Positions 38,166-49,900 of a stretch of DNA of 64,000 bases are shown here, one piece after another. The translations under genes were made by a program, and so were the position numbers. Positions within the stretch are counted from its first letter, which is position 1; each line of letters begins with the position of its first letter. Origin of the DNA: Lama guanicoe (taxonomy: Eukaryota); assembly GCA_013239625.1 (NCBI GenBank), contig MU053376.1:954833-1018832 (forward strand), given 5' to 3'. Under the pieces are notes generated by a model. It ran no database searches, was not told the origin of the DNA, and saw only the letters and a list, made by a program, of their open reading frames with translations.

Positions 38166-41100
38166 CAACCTAAAAAAAAAAAAAAACAAAAGAAAGAAAC
38201 CCCACCTAAACTGGAAACAAGACAAATGCCCATTATTAGTGGAATGGATGAATAAATTATGATGCATTCAAATACTGATAAATTATACTAATTCTCTAAG
38301 AGAAATTTTTATTGGTGTTATTTAAGTGAAAAAAAGCAAAACACAACATGTATATAATATAATCTCGTTTTTTGTTAACATGTGTATATACACACAAGTA
38401 TAGGCATAAAGAAAAATATGGCAGGAGATTATGGGATTATCAACAAAGAATGGAGGAAGCAAGGAAAAAAGTACTTTTTAAAAAAGCATTTATACTTAAA
38501 ATTAGGTATCATGAGTGTCTGTCTACATGAATGCATTAAAAATTGTTAGATCTATTATGTCCTAATGTGTAGCAGTAGTATCTCATAGCATTAAGAGAAG
38601 AAAGTCAGTTGCAAAAAATGTTCATAAAAAAGTTCTATTTCTGTAAAAAGCAAAAACAAAGCCTCAACAAATTTAATTATATTCATATAAGCAAGAAAAA
38701 GGTTTAAAAGAATAAACCCCAGACAGTTACCACTTGGAGAAGGGGAAAAAGATATTTTTTCTGTATATATTTTTGTATTGATTCCACTGTTGCGATAAAT
38801 ATATACTATATTTGTTAATTTGAAAAGCATGAAATTAAAGAACTTTAATGAGTTTTCTAGACTTTAACTTATGCTAGTTTATCATTTCTTTTAAGTGCTC
38901 AAATCTGCATTTATCATCAACAGCTACTGCTTATCAAATGCTTGTGTGTCAGACTCTGTACTAAGGTTTCATTCAGTCCTCTCTGCTCATGATTAAGTGA
39001 GTACTAGCATACTCCATTTCACAAAGAAAGTCAGGATCAAAGGTTAAGTCACTTCCCAAACTGACACAGTTAAAAACTGGAAAAACTGGGACTTGACCAA
39101 GAAATGATACTCTAACTATAACTACACTAAAAAAAGATCATAATCTTGCCCAAATTTGACCTCAAGGTTCCTAGTTTATGATTTGCAAAACACACCTGCC
39201 CTTTATTAAACAGTCAAAATTTTGCCCACCTCCTTTCTTTTAGCATATCTTCTTTTCTCTTCCCAAATCTTGAAGATCACCGACATCACTTCACTTGCAA
39301 GCTACTTCAGGGCCAAGGAATATAATTCAACCAACAAAGGTGAGCTAAGTGACCAACCTAAAATCTCTACCCATGGATCTTGGCAACAACCAATGATCAC
39401 TTTATTTATTCAAAAGAAACCATCCTTTTTCTCAGAGAAGAGAAAAGAAAAATAAGAAGTTAAGCATTCCACTTCCCCTATGCCCACAAAAGATAGATAC
39501 TGGTTGAGTGTTGAATGAATGATTTTGGTGTTACAACCAGCCCAAGCAGGAAACATCTTTGCTCTTCACACTCCAACGTAAAAAAAAAAACTTCCTTGTT
39601 GCCTTATTTTTACCATCTTGGCCTTCAATCACTTTAGTTTTCCTGACACCATTCTTAAAAGCTTGAGCGACCCTCATATGTTCACCTTCAGCAACGTGCC
39701 CTCCTTTTGTACATGCCTCTTCAGACTCTCAGTTTAGACTGCTTTCGGTAAATTCACACCAGTTCCTTTGGGGGCCTCCTCCTTTTTTTTCCAATTAGGA
39801 TCCTTTCTCCAAACTGCCTTTTAGCTTTCCTAAGCCTTTCAAGCTTTTTTTCTCCCAGTCTCATGACATGAAATAATATCTATTCTTTAAATTGCTGAAC
39901 ATCCACCTCCTTAAAGACTTGGTTACCATGAGCTCTAAAATTTCATGGTCCTTTGCTCCCAGTGGAAGTATTTTCTACTTGTCAACCAATTCCTCCCTGA
40001 TGTAACAGTTAAATTCAAAGTAGCAGTTTCCATTCTGCTTCCTCAGTCTAACAGGTGATAACACAGTCAGTGGCATTTCTTTTTTGAGAAATGCAACTTG
40101 CAGGTGGCTAATTAACTGATCTCACCCCACCCCAATCTGACACCATCACTACTGTAATCACTACATTTCCTTGGCTCCAGTCTTGCCTCCCTCATCAATC
40201 CTTAACAAAGCTGCTACAGCCAACTTTCTAAACCTCCAATCTCATCATGTCACTTACCTGCTCGAAAATCTCCCTAGGTAAACAATGTGCTCAACGCTAA
40301 GAATAAATTTAAAAAGCAATTTTAATCTGGCCCCAATCAGTATTTTCCATTTTATCTTTGACTAACTCCCCATTAGCACCTAGTATAGAACCTTGCATAA
40401 TCCACCTTAAGCACCAGCTGTTAACTACTGACCATTTCCTGAACATATATCGCACGTTCATACCTGAGAACGTCTGCCCCTAGTGTTCTCTGCACTGGTA
40501 ATTACCTCCATTTGTCCCTCTGGAAAAATCCTACTCCATCTTTTCTGTCTGGGTTAAATGGCAATTCCTCTATAAAGTCATCCCCCAATTCTACTGCCCA
40601 CCCCAACAATGCAGAATTAACTGCTCTTTCAGCTGGACTCCCATAATGCACTCATTTATTGTGGTTGCATATTATATAGCTGCTTATGCCCCTCTCCTCC
40701 TAGTTCTATGTATTTATCCAGGGCAAAAGCTGTATCTTATTCCAGTGTTTCTCAAACAGTAGGACCCACTCCATGGCAAATGGCTAAATCATTCAGTGAA
40801 CCACAAGTTTGTGTTAACAGATCAGAAGATATCAGAGGACACTGAGTATAAAGATTAAGTTTCAGTTTGAATAATTTAGTTATATATGTGTATATATATA
40901 TAATGGGTTGTGATAGAAAACATATTTCTTACTATGAGTTGTAGTAAAAATAAGTTTGAAAAATTCTTATTTAACTTTGTCTCTCCAGTGCATACTGCCT
41001 GATACACAGTAAAGGCTCAGAAAGTGGGTAAAGAAGTTATAAAGCATCTTGAGCTCCATATTAAGCACATTTTCATTCCTTTCCTTTATCCATATTCAGA

Positions 41101-43504
41101 TATGCTTCAGTGTGTTCCCACAATCACATCACTTCTGTTCCTTTCTCCTTTTTAATCTGCAATAATTAGCTTTCTCGCTTTAAGACTCAGAGTCATTCCC
41201 ATAGCGATTTGTTATCTTTTGGACTCACCCAGCCTTCTTTTAAATTATCTAACCTTCCAATGCTAAATATTTCTTCCTAAGTTTTACCCTCATGAATCTT
41301 CTGTATCATTCAAGAAAAATCTTTCCCAGGACTCTGCTATCTCTTTCAAGGTCCTAGCCTGTCTATCACCTTTCCTCTATCTTCAAGTTTTTTAAAATAA
41401 CTTTAAAAAATTGCCTCCATTGTCTCCCACATCTTCCTAAAATCATTGTAATTTGGCTTCTGTTCAAGTTAAGCAGCTGCAAGTTGCCTAAGAACTAAAC
41501 AGAGAAGCCCTTTCTCAGCTCGTGGCCTCAACTGCTCTACACCTGCTTCTATGGAAGATACCATATCAACCTGTATTGTTTTCTATCTCCACATTGATAA
41601 ATATATGAAAAGCACTTGGAGATATGCCTAGCTCATAGTAAGTACCGTATAACTGTTAGTTGATATATTATCATTTTTCCTCCTCTTATCCCCTAAATAT
41701 AGATGACTGGCCAAGATTCTGTCCTCAGCAGATTTCTTTCCTTGCCCTCCCACTTTCTCCTTTAGTCTTATCATCTACTAACAAGGTTTTGATCAGCCCA
41801 CCTGTAAGAGAATGACAAATCTCTCTCACAAATCCAAACCTATCTTCTGAAACCCCAGATCCATATTCAACATACCCAATGTAACTATCTTTCCAAAAAT
41901 CCTTAAATGTTTATGAATAGCACCACTATTGGTTTCCACGATTTTTCACTTCACTCTCTTCCTCAACACCACCACCACCTGCAATTTTCAAACTGTGTCA
42001 ACTCTAACTTCTCCGTGTCTTTTCTTTCCATTTTCCAGCTCACACCTTCTTTATCACTCATCTACTCTGGTCCTCCAAACTGGTTTCACAACCTCTAAGA
42101 CTCAACAACACACTGTTATCAGATAAACTTTTTTTAAAAAAAGACTCTGACAGAGTTACTTATCAGGTCAAAACCCTTCAGTGGGTCTGTCTTACTTTCC
42201 TTAAAAAGCACAACTTTTCAGCTGGGCATTCAAGAGCTTCCACAAAATGGACGACACCAAACCCATCTCTTGGCCTTCTCTTTATTCCCAGTACCCACAA
42301 TCTGGCAAAGCAGGAAAATATCTTTAGGAGTCCTCTCACTGATGTCTTAACTCAAACATATGACTAATAAGCACTCTTCCCAATGTCTTCACACTTGAGT
42401 CTGTCAATAATTTATCAATCTTCAATACCCACTCAAAACTCCAAATCCTCCACAGGTTTTGTTTGCTTTTCTCGATTACCTTTTTCCCCCTGCCTGAAAG
42501 ATATTCACTCCCTCTTCTAAATGTCCTTAGCACTTAGTAAAGACTCTTAAAGGCCGGCCTATGTTCTGCAATATATTATGGCTATTTACACAATCACCTT
42601 ATTCTCCATGCTTAACCAAAAGCTCCTTCAAGGTAAAGGCCATTCCTTAAATAGCTTTGTAGTCCTTTGGACAACCAGTATATCTTACGAATTTTATTTT
42701 TTTAAGAGAAACATAACCATGGAAGCTCACAAGTCGCTTAGGAGTTCTTGAAAAACTTCAGACATCCCTAAGCTACAACGCTAAGCATCACCTAATGAAA
42801 ACCCAGAAGAACCTAAACTTTATAAACAACTTGAGTAAAGAGTGAGGAGGAAATGAGTCAAAGAGAGGGTGACAAAAGCCAACTGCTTTGTAATTCACCC
42901 CCTCAGTGTTTTACACAGCATCCCTGGTAGTTAGACCTTAAACATAAAGTCAAGATAAATCGATTTCTGTGCCAATTATACCATTTCCTTGCTTAGCGCC
43001 TTCAAGTCAGTCGCTCTGAGCCTTTTTTCATTTATTCAATGAAGGATGTCTACTAGAAGATAATGTTCCCCTCCTCGGGCACCCCGTGTTTCTACAAAAA
43101 CATTTAACCTGTTCAGGAACCCCAAACCCTGACAAGTGCTCAAAGCTTTACCTCAAGCCTCATTTTCCCAGATTCCTTCTCCAATAACTCTGGTCCTACC
43201 TGCTTCGGGCTACTCCAGCACCTGTGATCCTGGTCATCGAAACTAAGTCACAGACTATCTATCCCTATCGCTCCACACCTTTACTGCAAAGTGGCCTCGG
43301 GAAAGGCAATGCATTCCGCTCCGGCAGAAGCTAGGCTTTCTCCTCCTGCTGCTGCTCCACATCTAGGCGCCCAAAGATCCATCGCAGAACTGTGTCCCTA
43401 TGTTGCAGCCCGAGTCCCCTCGGCCCGGGTTCCCTCCTTTCCAGGATCAAAGGGTTCTCTAAGACGCAGTCATAGTCCTCCTCACCCAGCAACTCGAGGT
43501 TCAT
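11701..43504 (-). CDS. RBBP5: Retinoblastoma-binding protein 5 (WD40 core subunit of COMPASS/MLL H3K4 methyltransferases), 14 coding exons, 538 aa
   Basis: complement(join(11701-11729,17316-17507,18282-18511,18897-18966,20268-20385,21026-21097,21195-21348,21437-21556,22620-22729,23910-24072,25058-25198,32927-33099,33961-33986,43486-43504)) = 1617 nt. All junctions are GT-AG and in phase. Translates [16 protein letters not shown]...AGGAISELL*. Confidence 0.98.
13413..14062 (-). CDS. Candidate alternative terminal exon of RBBP5 encoding a 216-aa Cys/His-rich C-terminus (hypothetical)
   Basis: Long sense-strand ORF in intron 13. The acceptor gcaacag|GA is in the phase required by the exon 13 donor. 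No expression evidence is available. Confidence 0.4.
15020..15170 (-). mobile_element. tRNA-Ala-derived SINE (Vic-1-like)
   Basis: A and B boxes on -, T-rich tail on +, imperfect TSD ctcta(g/c)tcctttt. Confidence 0.9.
16160..16224 (-). CDS. Candidate short alternative terminal exon of RBBP5 ([21 protein letters not shown]) (hypothetical)
   Basis: Strong acceptor atttctcttctgcag|AG. Read in the exon 13 frame it gives 21 aa then TAG. AATAAA on - at 15757-15762. Confidence 0.35.
16981..17141. mobile_element. hAT-Charlie-like MITE
   Basis: Imperfect TIRs CAGGGGTTCTTA ... TAAGAGCCACTG. Confidence 0.55.
17316..17507 (-). CDS. RBBP5: RBBP5 coding exon 13
   Basis: [26 protein letters not shown]...ELSQPLT; ttccag acceptor, gtaag donor. 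Confidence 0.97.
18282..18511 (-). CDS. RBBP5: RBBP5 coding exon 12
   Basis: [23 protein letters not shown]...PPKKKPK...GVPND; gtaag donor. Confidence 0.97.
18897..18966 (-). CDS. RBBP5: RBBP5 coding exon 11 (WDR5-binding EEVDVT motif)
   Basis: [23 protein letters not shown]; ctgcag acceptor, gtgag donor. Confidence 0.97.
20268..20385 (-). CDS. RBBP5: RBBP5 coding exon 10
   Basis: [39 protein letters not shown]. Confidence 0.97.
21026..21097 (-). CDS. RBBP5: RBBP5 coding exon 9
   Basis: [24 protein letters not shown]. Confidence 0.97.
21195..21348 (-). CDS. RBBP5: RBBP5 coding exon 8
   Basis: [51 protein letters not shown]. Confidence 0.97.
21437..21556 (-). CDS. RBBP5: RBBP5 coding exon 7
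   Basis: [39 protein letters not shown]; donor AG|gtgtgt. Confidence 0.96.
22620..22729 (-). CDS. RBBP5: RBBP5 coding exon 6
   Basis: [36 protein letters not shown]. Confidence 0.97.
22925..23400 (+). mobile_element. Old L1 3'-end fragment
   Basis: Typical L1M 3' text (gaagcaacccaagtatccatcaacagatgaatgg ... ggtaaatttt) ending in an A-run. Confidence 0.8.
23910..24072 (-). CDS. RBBP5: RBBP5 coding exon 5
   Basis: [54 protein letters not shown]. Confidence 0.97.
24660..24828 (-). mobile_element. tRNA-Ala-derived SINE (Vic-1-like)
   Basis: A and B boxes plus aaacctaattacc tail on -; TSD cc(a/g)aagtctt. Confidence 0.9.
25058..25198 (-). CDS. RBBP5: RBBP5 coding exon 4
   Basis: [46 protein letters not shown]. 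Confidence 0.97.
25431..25728 (-). mobile_element. Short L1 3' fragment (~25555-25728) with a Vic-1-like SINE (~25440-25553) in its poly(A) tail
   Basis: Both elements lie inside one direct repeat, ACAGAAGTTCTT (~25418 and ~25730). Confidence 0.8.
25990..28060 (+). mobile_element. Ancient L1 5' region with decayed ORF1
   Basis: Frameshifted ORF1-like peptides around 27100-27600 (e.g. [27 protein letters not shown]). Confidence 0.75.
30340..31182 (+). mobile_element. L2 LINE fragment (3' part)
   Basis: Pyrimidine-rich L2-like body ending ccccagtgcctagaaca...tttgctgaaggaatga. Confidence 0.6.
31972..32011. repeat. Perfect 20-bp tandem duplication
   Basis: TTTGGCCCCAAGTTCATTTA x2. Confidence 0.9.
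32927..33099 (-). CDS. RBBP5: RBBP5 coding exon 3
   Basis: [57 protein letters not shown]. Confidence 0.97.
33961..33986 (-). CDS. RBBP5: RBBP5 coding exon 2 (26-nt micro-exon)
   Basis: ttgcag|AGTCCTTTGGGCAGAATTATCCAGAG|gtaag = (E)SFGQNYPE. Confidence 0.96.
34225..34852 (+). mobile_element. L1 3'-end fragment
   Basis: ORF2 C-terminal remnant (acatatgcaccccaatgttcacagcagc) and 3' UTR ending tgtacacctgaaactaacataatattgtaaatcaactat. Confidence 0.9.
35908..36206 (+). mobile_element. Younger 5'-truncated L1 3' end with TSD
   Basis: TSD TCTACCATT at 35899-35907 and 36207-36215; AATAAA and A tail. Confidence 0.85.
36333..36425 (+). mobile_element. tRNA-Ala-derived SINE (Vic-1-like)
   Basis: GGGTATAGCTCTATGGTAGAG...GGTTCAATCCC. 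Confidence 0.85.
36656..36800 (+). mobile_element. tRNA-Ala-derived SINE (Vic-1-like), well preserved
   Basis: GGGTATAGCTCAAGTGGTAGAGCGCATGCTTAGCATGCATGAGGTCCTGGGTTCAATCC plus ataaataaacctaattacctccccc tail. Confidence 0.92.
37108..37270 (+). mobile_element. tRNA-Ala-derived SINE (Vic-1-like)
   Basis: A and B boxes, A-rich tail, TSD AATAAATTT. Confidence 0.9.
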
Positions 43505-44050
43505 CCCTGAGGACTCTGGACGCCTGGTCTCAGCTCCAGCAACAACACGTTCTCCCCCGCCGCTTCCGAAGCCTGCGTCTTAAGTTGGGGGCGCCGCAAA
43601 TAGCCTGGCGCAAGCTCCGGAGACTTTCTGGTTTAGAAGACCCCGCGGCTTCCGCTTTCTTCCCCCCGCCTTCCTTGTGCGTTTCCAGTGGGCTGTCCTC
43701 AGATATGCCTAACCAAAAAGAAGAACAAACTCCCTCGAAGCCACTTCACTATTATATTTTTTAAGGGATAAAAATGCTATCGTCACTCAGTTCTTTAGAA
43801 AGCACAAGAATTTTGAGGCTATTTCCTCTCGGATCATGTAAGCGAGCTAGAGAGTTTAGGCATCTAGTTAGACTACTAGTCCCTCCCGTGTTGTGTGTTG
43901 AGCAGCGCTGTCCCGGCGGGCTGCCTCAGATGCCGCAGGAAAGGTTCCGGCTGAGTCCCGCTGAAGCAGCCGAGCGGGAAGGGTTGGCCCCAGAGCTTGC
44001 GTGTGGAGTACAGTTGTCGCCAAGGCGGTACTCACCCTGTACTTAGGCTA
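43300..44050 (-). promoter_or_regulatory. CpG-rich promoter and first-exon region of RBBP5
   Basis: Local CpG/GC enrichment around the start codon; ETS-like CGGAAG motifs on - (~43563-43568, ~43648-43653); no obvious TATA box. Confidence 0.8.
43486..43504 (-). CDS. RBBP5: RBBP5 coding exon 1 (MNLELL)
   Basis: gggATGAACCTCGAGTTGCTGG|gtgagg. Confidence 0.97.
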
Positions 44051-44379
44051 GTTACCGAGTATCCGTCTCAGTCTCGTGAAGCTTACTTCATATTTGTGAA
44101 GGTATGCCATCGATCCCACAAAAATGTACGATAGCGTTTATCTAAGGATTTACTGTGTGCTCAGCGTTGACCAGGACACTGAAGACGAATTGGTATGAGA
44201 CGTGGCTGAGTTCCCTGGAGCTCAATCAGACAGAACTGTGATGAGATACCAAAGCAACTGGAGAAGGCCAATTCTATATAAACAGGTTTTAACTGTGGAT
44301 GCTGTGGGCTAGCACAAAAAGGAAAAGTGGGCATAGGCTGGCTGCAAAAATTAGGATTGGAGCTAGATCCCCTTACGTA

Positions 44380-44570
44380 GATTTAAGGTCAGTAATCCCA
44401 GCTCCAGTCCATACTAACTTCACCTCTTGGGCAATATTTTATCCTCTGTGCCTCAGTTTTCTTATATGTAAAATAGGGATAGTACTTACAGGTTTATTGT
44501 GAAGATTAAAGGAGTTAATGCATATGAAACATTTAGGAAGCAAATGCTGAGTCAATGTTAGCTATTATTG
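44380..44570 (+). mobile_element. MIR SINE
   Basis: Core ctctgtgcctcagttttcttatatgtaaaatagggata...gaagattaaa. Similar MIRs at ~3990, ~19700-19900 (-) and ~28130-28350. Confidence 0.75.
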
Positions 44571-44665
44571 CTTTCTCCTAAATTATCTCACTTTCTTGAG
44601 ACCATTAGGGTAGTTTTAGCCCCTTTTGACCGAGTGCATTAATTGAGGCTATGAGACATTAGGCA

Positions 44666-45120
44666 CGTTAAAGAGAAAACCACAGGTCCCAAATGGTGTC
44701 ACTTGTGCTAAAGCCCGTGATATCAAATCTAGACTTAATACCTGACCTAATTGCAGTTTCAACTTTCACGAGAAATGTAATCTTGATTGGCTACTCTGGA
44801 ATTTTCTCATCCACACCAGTGAGGTAATCTATCATGTCTCCACCTCCCCTCCCCCACCCTCCCCGAGGGACAATATGCATGATAAAACCCTTGCCATTCC
44901 CTTCCTCCCCAAAAGAAGGTGTCTTGGTCTAAAATAACCCTTTCTTTTCTTGTGCTAATAGCTCCGTTAGCTTACCCTTCTTCCTAAAAAAAGCTTCCAT
45001 TTTATACAGTCCCTCAGAGTGCCCTCCGGTTCTCTGGATGAGATGCTGCTGGATTCATGAATCAGTTAATAATGCCAATTAGATCTCCAAATTTACTCAG
45101 TTGAATTTTGGTTTTTAGCG
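44666..45120 (+). mobile_element. Solo LTR, ERV1-like
   Basis: About 450-bp block with decayed TG..CA termini ((c)gttaaaga ... ttttagcg), aaatggtgtcac 5' motif and a PAS-like remnant. Family from recalled resemblance. Confidence 0.55.
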
Positions 45121-46190
45121 GGTAGTTTGCATTCCTTTCCATATCCAAAACGTTGCCAAAATGTTGTACTATCACCAGTGGTGTAAAGGAGTATTTCTGC
45201 ACACTCTTGTAATCATTTGTTATTATCAGTTCTCTCAAAGCCTGCCAATTGGGCAGGTTAAAAAAAAAGTCATTATTACATTTATTTCATAATGAGGATG
45301 AACAACTTTTCACATGTATAAATGTATATTTTTTATCTTCTGTGAGGTGACCTATTCGTAGCCTTTTTGTATTTTTTGGAGGGGGTATTCATCTTGTAGG
45401 ATTTTTAAGCAAGAAATCATGATCAGATTGATGTTTAAGAAAGAAAAACAGGACAGTGTGGAGTAGGGATTGGTTAGAGGGTTGGAAAGCAGCAGATTTA
45501 CTTAGTAATCTTGCAGAAATGAGGAAGACATAACTCAAAGCCACGGTGGAGGAAAAAGAGAGAAGGCAGTGCATTCAAGAGAAATGTACCAGACAGAACT
45601 GACCAAATGGGAAAGACCTTTTGCATGTAGGAAGTAATAGAAATTCAAGAGGCTGGTATGACTTACATGTTTCTAGTCTGGGCGGCTCCATTTACCAGAG
45701 TAGAGAATGCAGGAAAAGAAATGGCTTTGTGAGGTAGTTGAAGACGACCCTACTGAGACATGTGAGGTTTAAGGAGCCTGTGAAAAATTTAGGTGATCGT
45801 ACAGATGTGGAGGTCAAAGAAGTCTAGGTTGAAGATCTACTGTATTTCATCAATTCTAATATGTACACTTTTCCACATTAAAAAATCTCTGAAATAGGAA
45901 TTTATCTTACGTTTGATTATATCTCATAATTATTTAGTAGTCGGGTTTTTTCTTAGTGCTAAGAATAACTAAGATAACTATATGTCTTGTGACTCGTGGT
46001 ATCTTTGATTTGTTGGAAAACAATATGATTGGTAGACTTTGCCTTACAAAGTCTTGTTAATACCACCAACTACAAAGGAAGTTACCCAGATTTTGTGTTT
46101 TGAAGGAGAAAAAGAAAAATTTAATATTCTTCCTTCTTGGCCTGAAGCAACTTGTACCTGTCATTCAGATTCAATGTGAAAAAGAGTATC

Positions 46191-46502
46191 TTTTTTAATT
46201 GAAGTACAGTCAGTTAAAATGTGTCGATTTCTGGTGTACAACATAACGTCTTAGTCATGCATATGTATTAATTTTCATATTCTTTTTCATTAAAGGTTAT
46301 AAGATATTGAATATAGTTCCTTGTGCTATACAGAAGAAATTTGTTTTTTATCTATTTTTATATATAGTGGTTAACATTTGCAAATCTCAAACCCCCAAAT
46401 TAATCCCTTTCCACCCCCTTTCCCCCAGTAACCATAAGATTGTTCACTGTGTCTGTGAGTCTGATTCTGTTTTGTAGTTGAGTTCATTAGTGTCCTCTTT
46501 TT
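46191..46502 (-). mobile_element. L1 3'-end fragment
   Basis: Same L1 3' UTR type as 35908-36206, in reverse; flanked by GAAAAAGA direct repeats. Confidence 0.85.
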
Positions 46503-46729
46503 GAAAAAGAACTTTTTTTTTTTAGCTCAGCTGAACTTCCATCTCATTAAAGACTTTTACAGATCCTCTTGAAATTAGGCCAGCTGGACTTACCTCTTCT
46601 CTAGGTAAAAATCAGAAATTCTCTGAGTGGAGCACCACCCAGTCAGCCAGGATATGCTCTGGCAGCTGGCTCAAGTCACAGGAATATGGTGTGGGTCAGG
46701 ACATTACTGTAACATTTCAAGGGTATAAC

Positions 46730-46911
46730 CAGTGGTTCTCAACTTTAGCCACACACTGGGATTTCTGGGGCACTTCCAAATAATACAGGTGCCTGGGTCC
46801 AACACCCAGAGATAGTACATTAATTGCAGTATACCTAGAGCATTCCTAGGCATTGGTGCATTTAAATGCTCCTAAGTGATTCTAGTGCTCAGACAAGGTT
46901 GAGAACCACTG
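46730..46911. mobile_element. MER5A-like hAT MITE
   Basis: Perfect TIRs CAGTGGTTCTCAA / TTGAGAACCACTG, 182 bp. Confidence 0.85.
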
Positions 46912-46987
46912 CTGTAGTACAAGGATTGGGTTGCCACCCAAATTATTGGCTGAGACAGAGAGTGAAGACTTTCTCAGGAAATATACT

Positions 46988-49900
46988 CTTTTTTTTTAAT
47001 TGAAGTGTAATTGATTTACAATGTTGTCTTAGTTTCTGGTGTACAGCATATTGATTCAGTTATACATATATATCCTTTTTCATATTCTTTATCATTATAG
47101 GTTATTATAAGATATTGAATATAGTTCCCTGTGCCATACAGTAGGACCTTGTTGTTTATCTATTTTACATATAGTAGTTAGTATCTGAAAATCCTGAACT
47201 CCTAATTTATCCCTCCCTCTTTCTTTCTCCACTGGTAACTATAAGTTTATGTCTGTGAGTCTATTTCTGTTTTGTGAATAAGTTCATTTGTACCATTTGT
47301 TAAGGTTTCATATATAAGTGGTATCATATGCTATTTGTCTTTCTCTGACTTACTTCACTTAGTATAATAATCTCTGGGTCCATCCATGTTGCTGCATATG
47401 GTATTATTTCATTCTTTTTATGGCTGAATAGTATTCCTATATATATAAATAAATAAATATATATATATATATCTCTACCTATCTCACATCTTCTTTATCC
47501 AGTCTTCTGTCAATGGACATTTAGGTTGTTTTCATGTCTTGGCTGTTGTAAGTAGTGCTGCTATGAACATTGGGGTACATGTGTTTTTTCCAGTTAGAGT
47601 TTTCTCCAGATATATGCCCAGGAATGGGATTGCTGGATCATATAAGTCTATTGTTAGTTTTTTAGAGGAATCTCCATACTGTTCTCCAAAGTGGCTGCAC
47701 CAAATTAGATTCCTACCAACAGTGTAGGAGGGTTCCCTTTTCTCCACACCCTCTCCAGCATTTATTGTTTGTGGACTTCTTAATGATGGCCATTTTGACC
47801 AGTGTACAATAAAACCTCAGTGTAGTTTTGATTTGCATTTCTCTGATAATTAGTGATATTGAGCATATTTTCATGTGTCTATTGGCTATCTTTATGTCTT
47901 CATTGGAGAAATGCCTGTTTAGGTCTTCTGCTCATTTTTGATTGAGTTACTTGTTTTTTTATTATTGAGTCGTATGAGCTGTTTTTATATTCTGGAAGTT
48001 AAGCCCTTGTCATCATTTGCAAATATTTTCTCCCATTCCGTACGTTGTCTTTTCATTTTGTTTATGGTATCCTTTGTTGTGCAAAAGCTTATAAGTTTAA
48101 TTAGGCCCCACTGGTTTATTTTTGCTTTTGGTAGACTGACCTAGGAGATCATTGCTATTTATGTCAGAGAATGTTTTGCCTGTGTTTTCTACCAGGAGAT
48201 TTATGGTGTCCTGTCTTATGTTTAAGTCTTTAAGCCATTTTGAGTCTATTTTTGTGTATGGTGTGAGGGAGTGTTCTAACTGCTGATTTACATGCGGCTG
48301 TCCAGCTTTCCCAACACACTTGCTAAAGAGGTTGTCATTTCTCCATTGTATATTCTTGCCTCCTTTGTTAAAGATTAATTAACTGTAGATGTGTGGGTTT
48401 ATTCCTGGGCTCTGTATTCTGTTCCATTGACCCATATGGCTGTTTTTGTGCCAATACCATGCTTTTTTGATTACTGTAGCTTTGTAGTACTGTCTGAAAT
48501 CTGGAAGGGTTATGCCTAGAGCTTTATTCTTTTTCTTCAGTACTGCGTTGGCAATTCTTGGTCTTTTGTGATTCCACATAAATTTTAGGATTATTTCTTT
48601 TAGTTCTGTGAAAAATGTCCTGGGTAATTTGATAGGGATCCCATTAATCTGTAGATTGCTTTGGGTAGTATGGCCTTTTTAACAATATTAATTCTTCCAG
48701 TCCAAGAGCATGGGATCTTTCTAATTCTTTAAATCATTTTTAATTTCCTTTGTCAATGTTCTCAGTGTATGTCTTTCACTTCCTTGGTCAGGTTTATTCC
48801 CAAGGGTTGTTTTTTGTTGTTTGTTTGTTTGTTTTTGATGCAGTTTTAAAAGTGTTGTTTTTTTTTTTTTACTTTTCTGATATTTCATTGTTAGTGTAAA
48901 GAAATGCAAGAGACTTCTGATATTAATCTTGTATCCTGGTACCTTACTGAATTCATTTATCAGCTTTAGTAGTTTTTGTATTGAGTCATCAGAGTTTTCT
49001 ACATATAGTATGATGTCATCTGCATTTAATGACAATTTTATCTCTTTCCTTCCAATTTGGATCCCTTTTATTTCTTTTTCTTGTCTGATTGCTACAGCTA
49101 GAACTTCCAAGACTGTATTAAATAGAAGTGTTGAGAGTGGGCATCCTTGTCTTGTTCCAGATTTTAGTGGGAAGGGTTTCAACTTTTCACTGTTGAGTAT
49201 TATGTTGGCTGTGAGTTTGTCTTAAATAGCTTTTATTATGTTGAGATATGTTCCCTGTACACCCACTCTGGTAAGAGTTTTTATCATGAATGGATATTGA
49301 ATTTTATCAAATACTTTTTCTGCATCTGTTGAGATGATCATGTGGGTTTTGTCCTGTCTCTTGTTGATGCAGTGCATCACATTGATTGATTCGCGTACAT
49401 TGAACTATCCTTGTGACCTTGACATGAATCCTACTTGATCATAGTATATGATCTTTTTTATATGTTGTTGGATTCAGTTTTCTGATAGTTCAGAATTTTT
49501 CATCTATATTTATCAAAGATACTGGCCTGTAATTTTCTTTTTTTGGTAGTGTCTTTGTCTGGTTTTGGTAACAGGGTGATGATGGCTTCTTAAAATGAGT
49601 TTAGGAGTGTTCACTCCTCTTCAATCTTTTGGAAGAATTTGAAAAGGATCAGCATAATTTCTTCTTTGTATGTTTGGTAGAATTTCCCAGTGAAGCCATC
49701 TGGTCCTGAACTTTTGTCTGCAGGGAGTTTTTTTAAATTACAGATTCTATTTCATTTCTACAAATTATCTATTTCTTCTTGATTCAGTTTTGCTGGACTG
49801 TATGTTTCCAGAAATTTGTCCATTTCTTCTAGGTTGTCCAATTTGTTGGCATATGATTGTTCATAGCATTCTCCTATGGTTTTTTGTATTTGTGTGGTAT

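Larger units (their letters stand above)
36440..38400 (+). mobile_element. Highly decayed ancient L1 ORF2/3' fragments interrupted by SINEs and an A-rich tract (38134-38190)
   Basis: A-rich strand bias and L1-like phrases (aactggaaacaagacaaatgcccatt...gaatggatgaataaattatg). Confidence 0.6.

Noticed and set aside
37834..38267. Poly-Lys and poly-Phe ORFs
   Set aside because: Translation of an A-rich tract within decayed L1 sequence.
43291..44046. Antisense ORFs (157 and 90 aa) over the RBBP5 promoter
   Set aside because: Typical stop-poor CpG-island frames with no recognisable homology; the 157-aa frame is called from a GTG.
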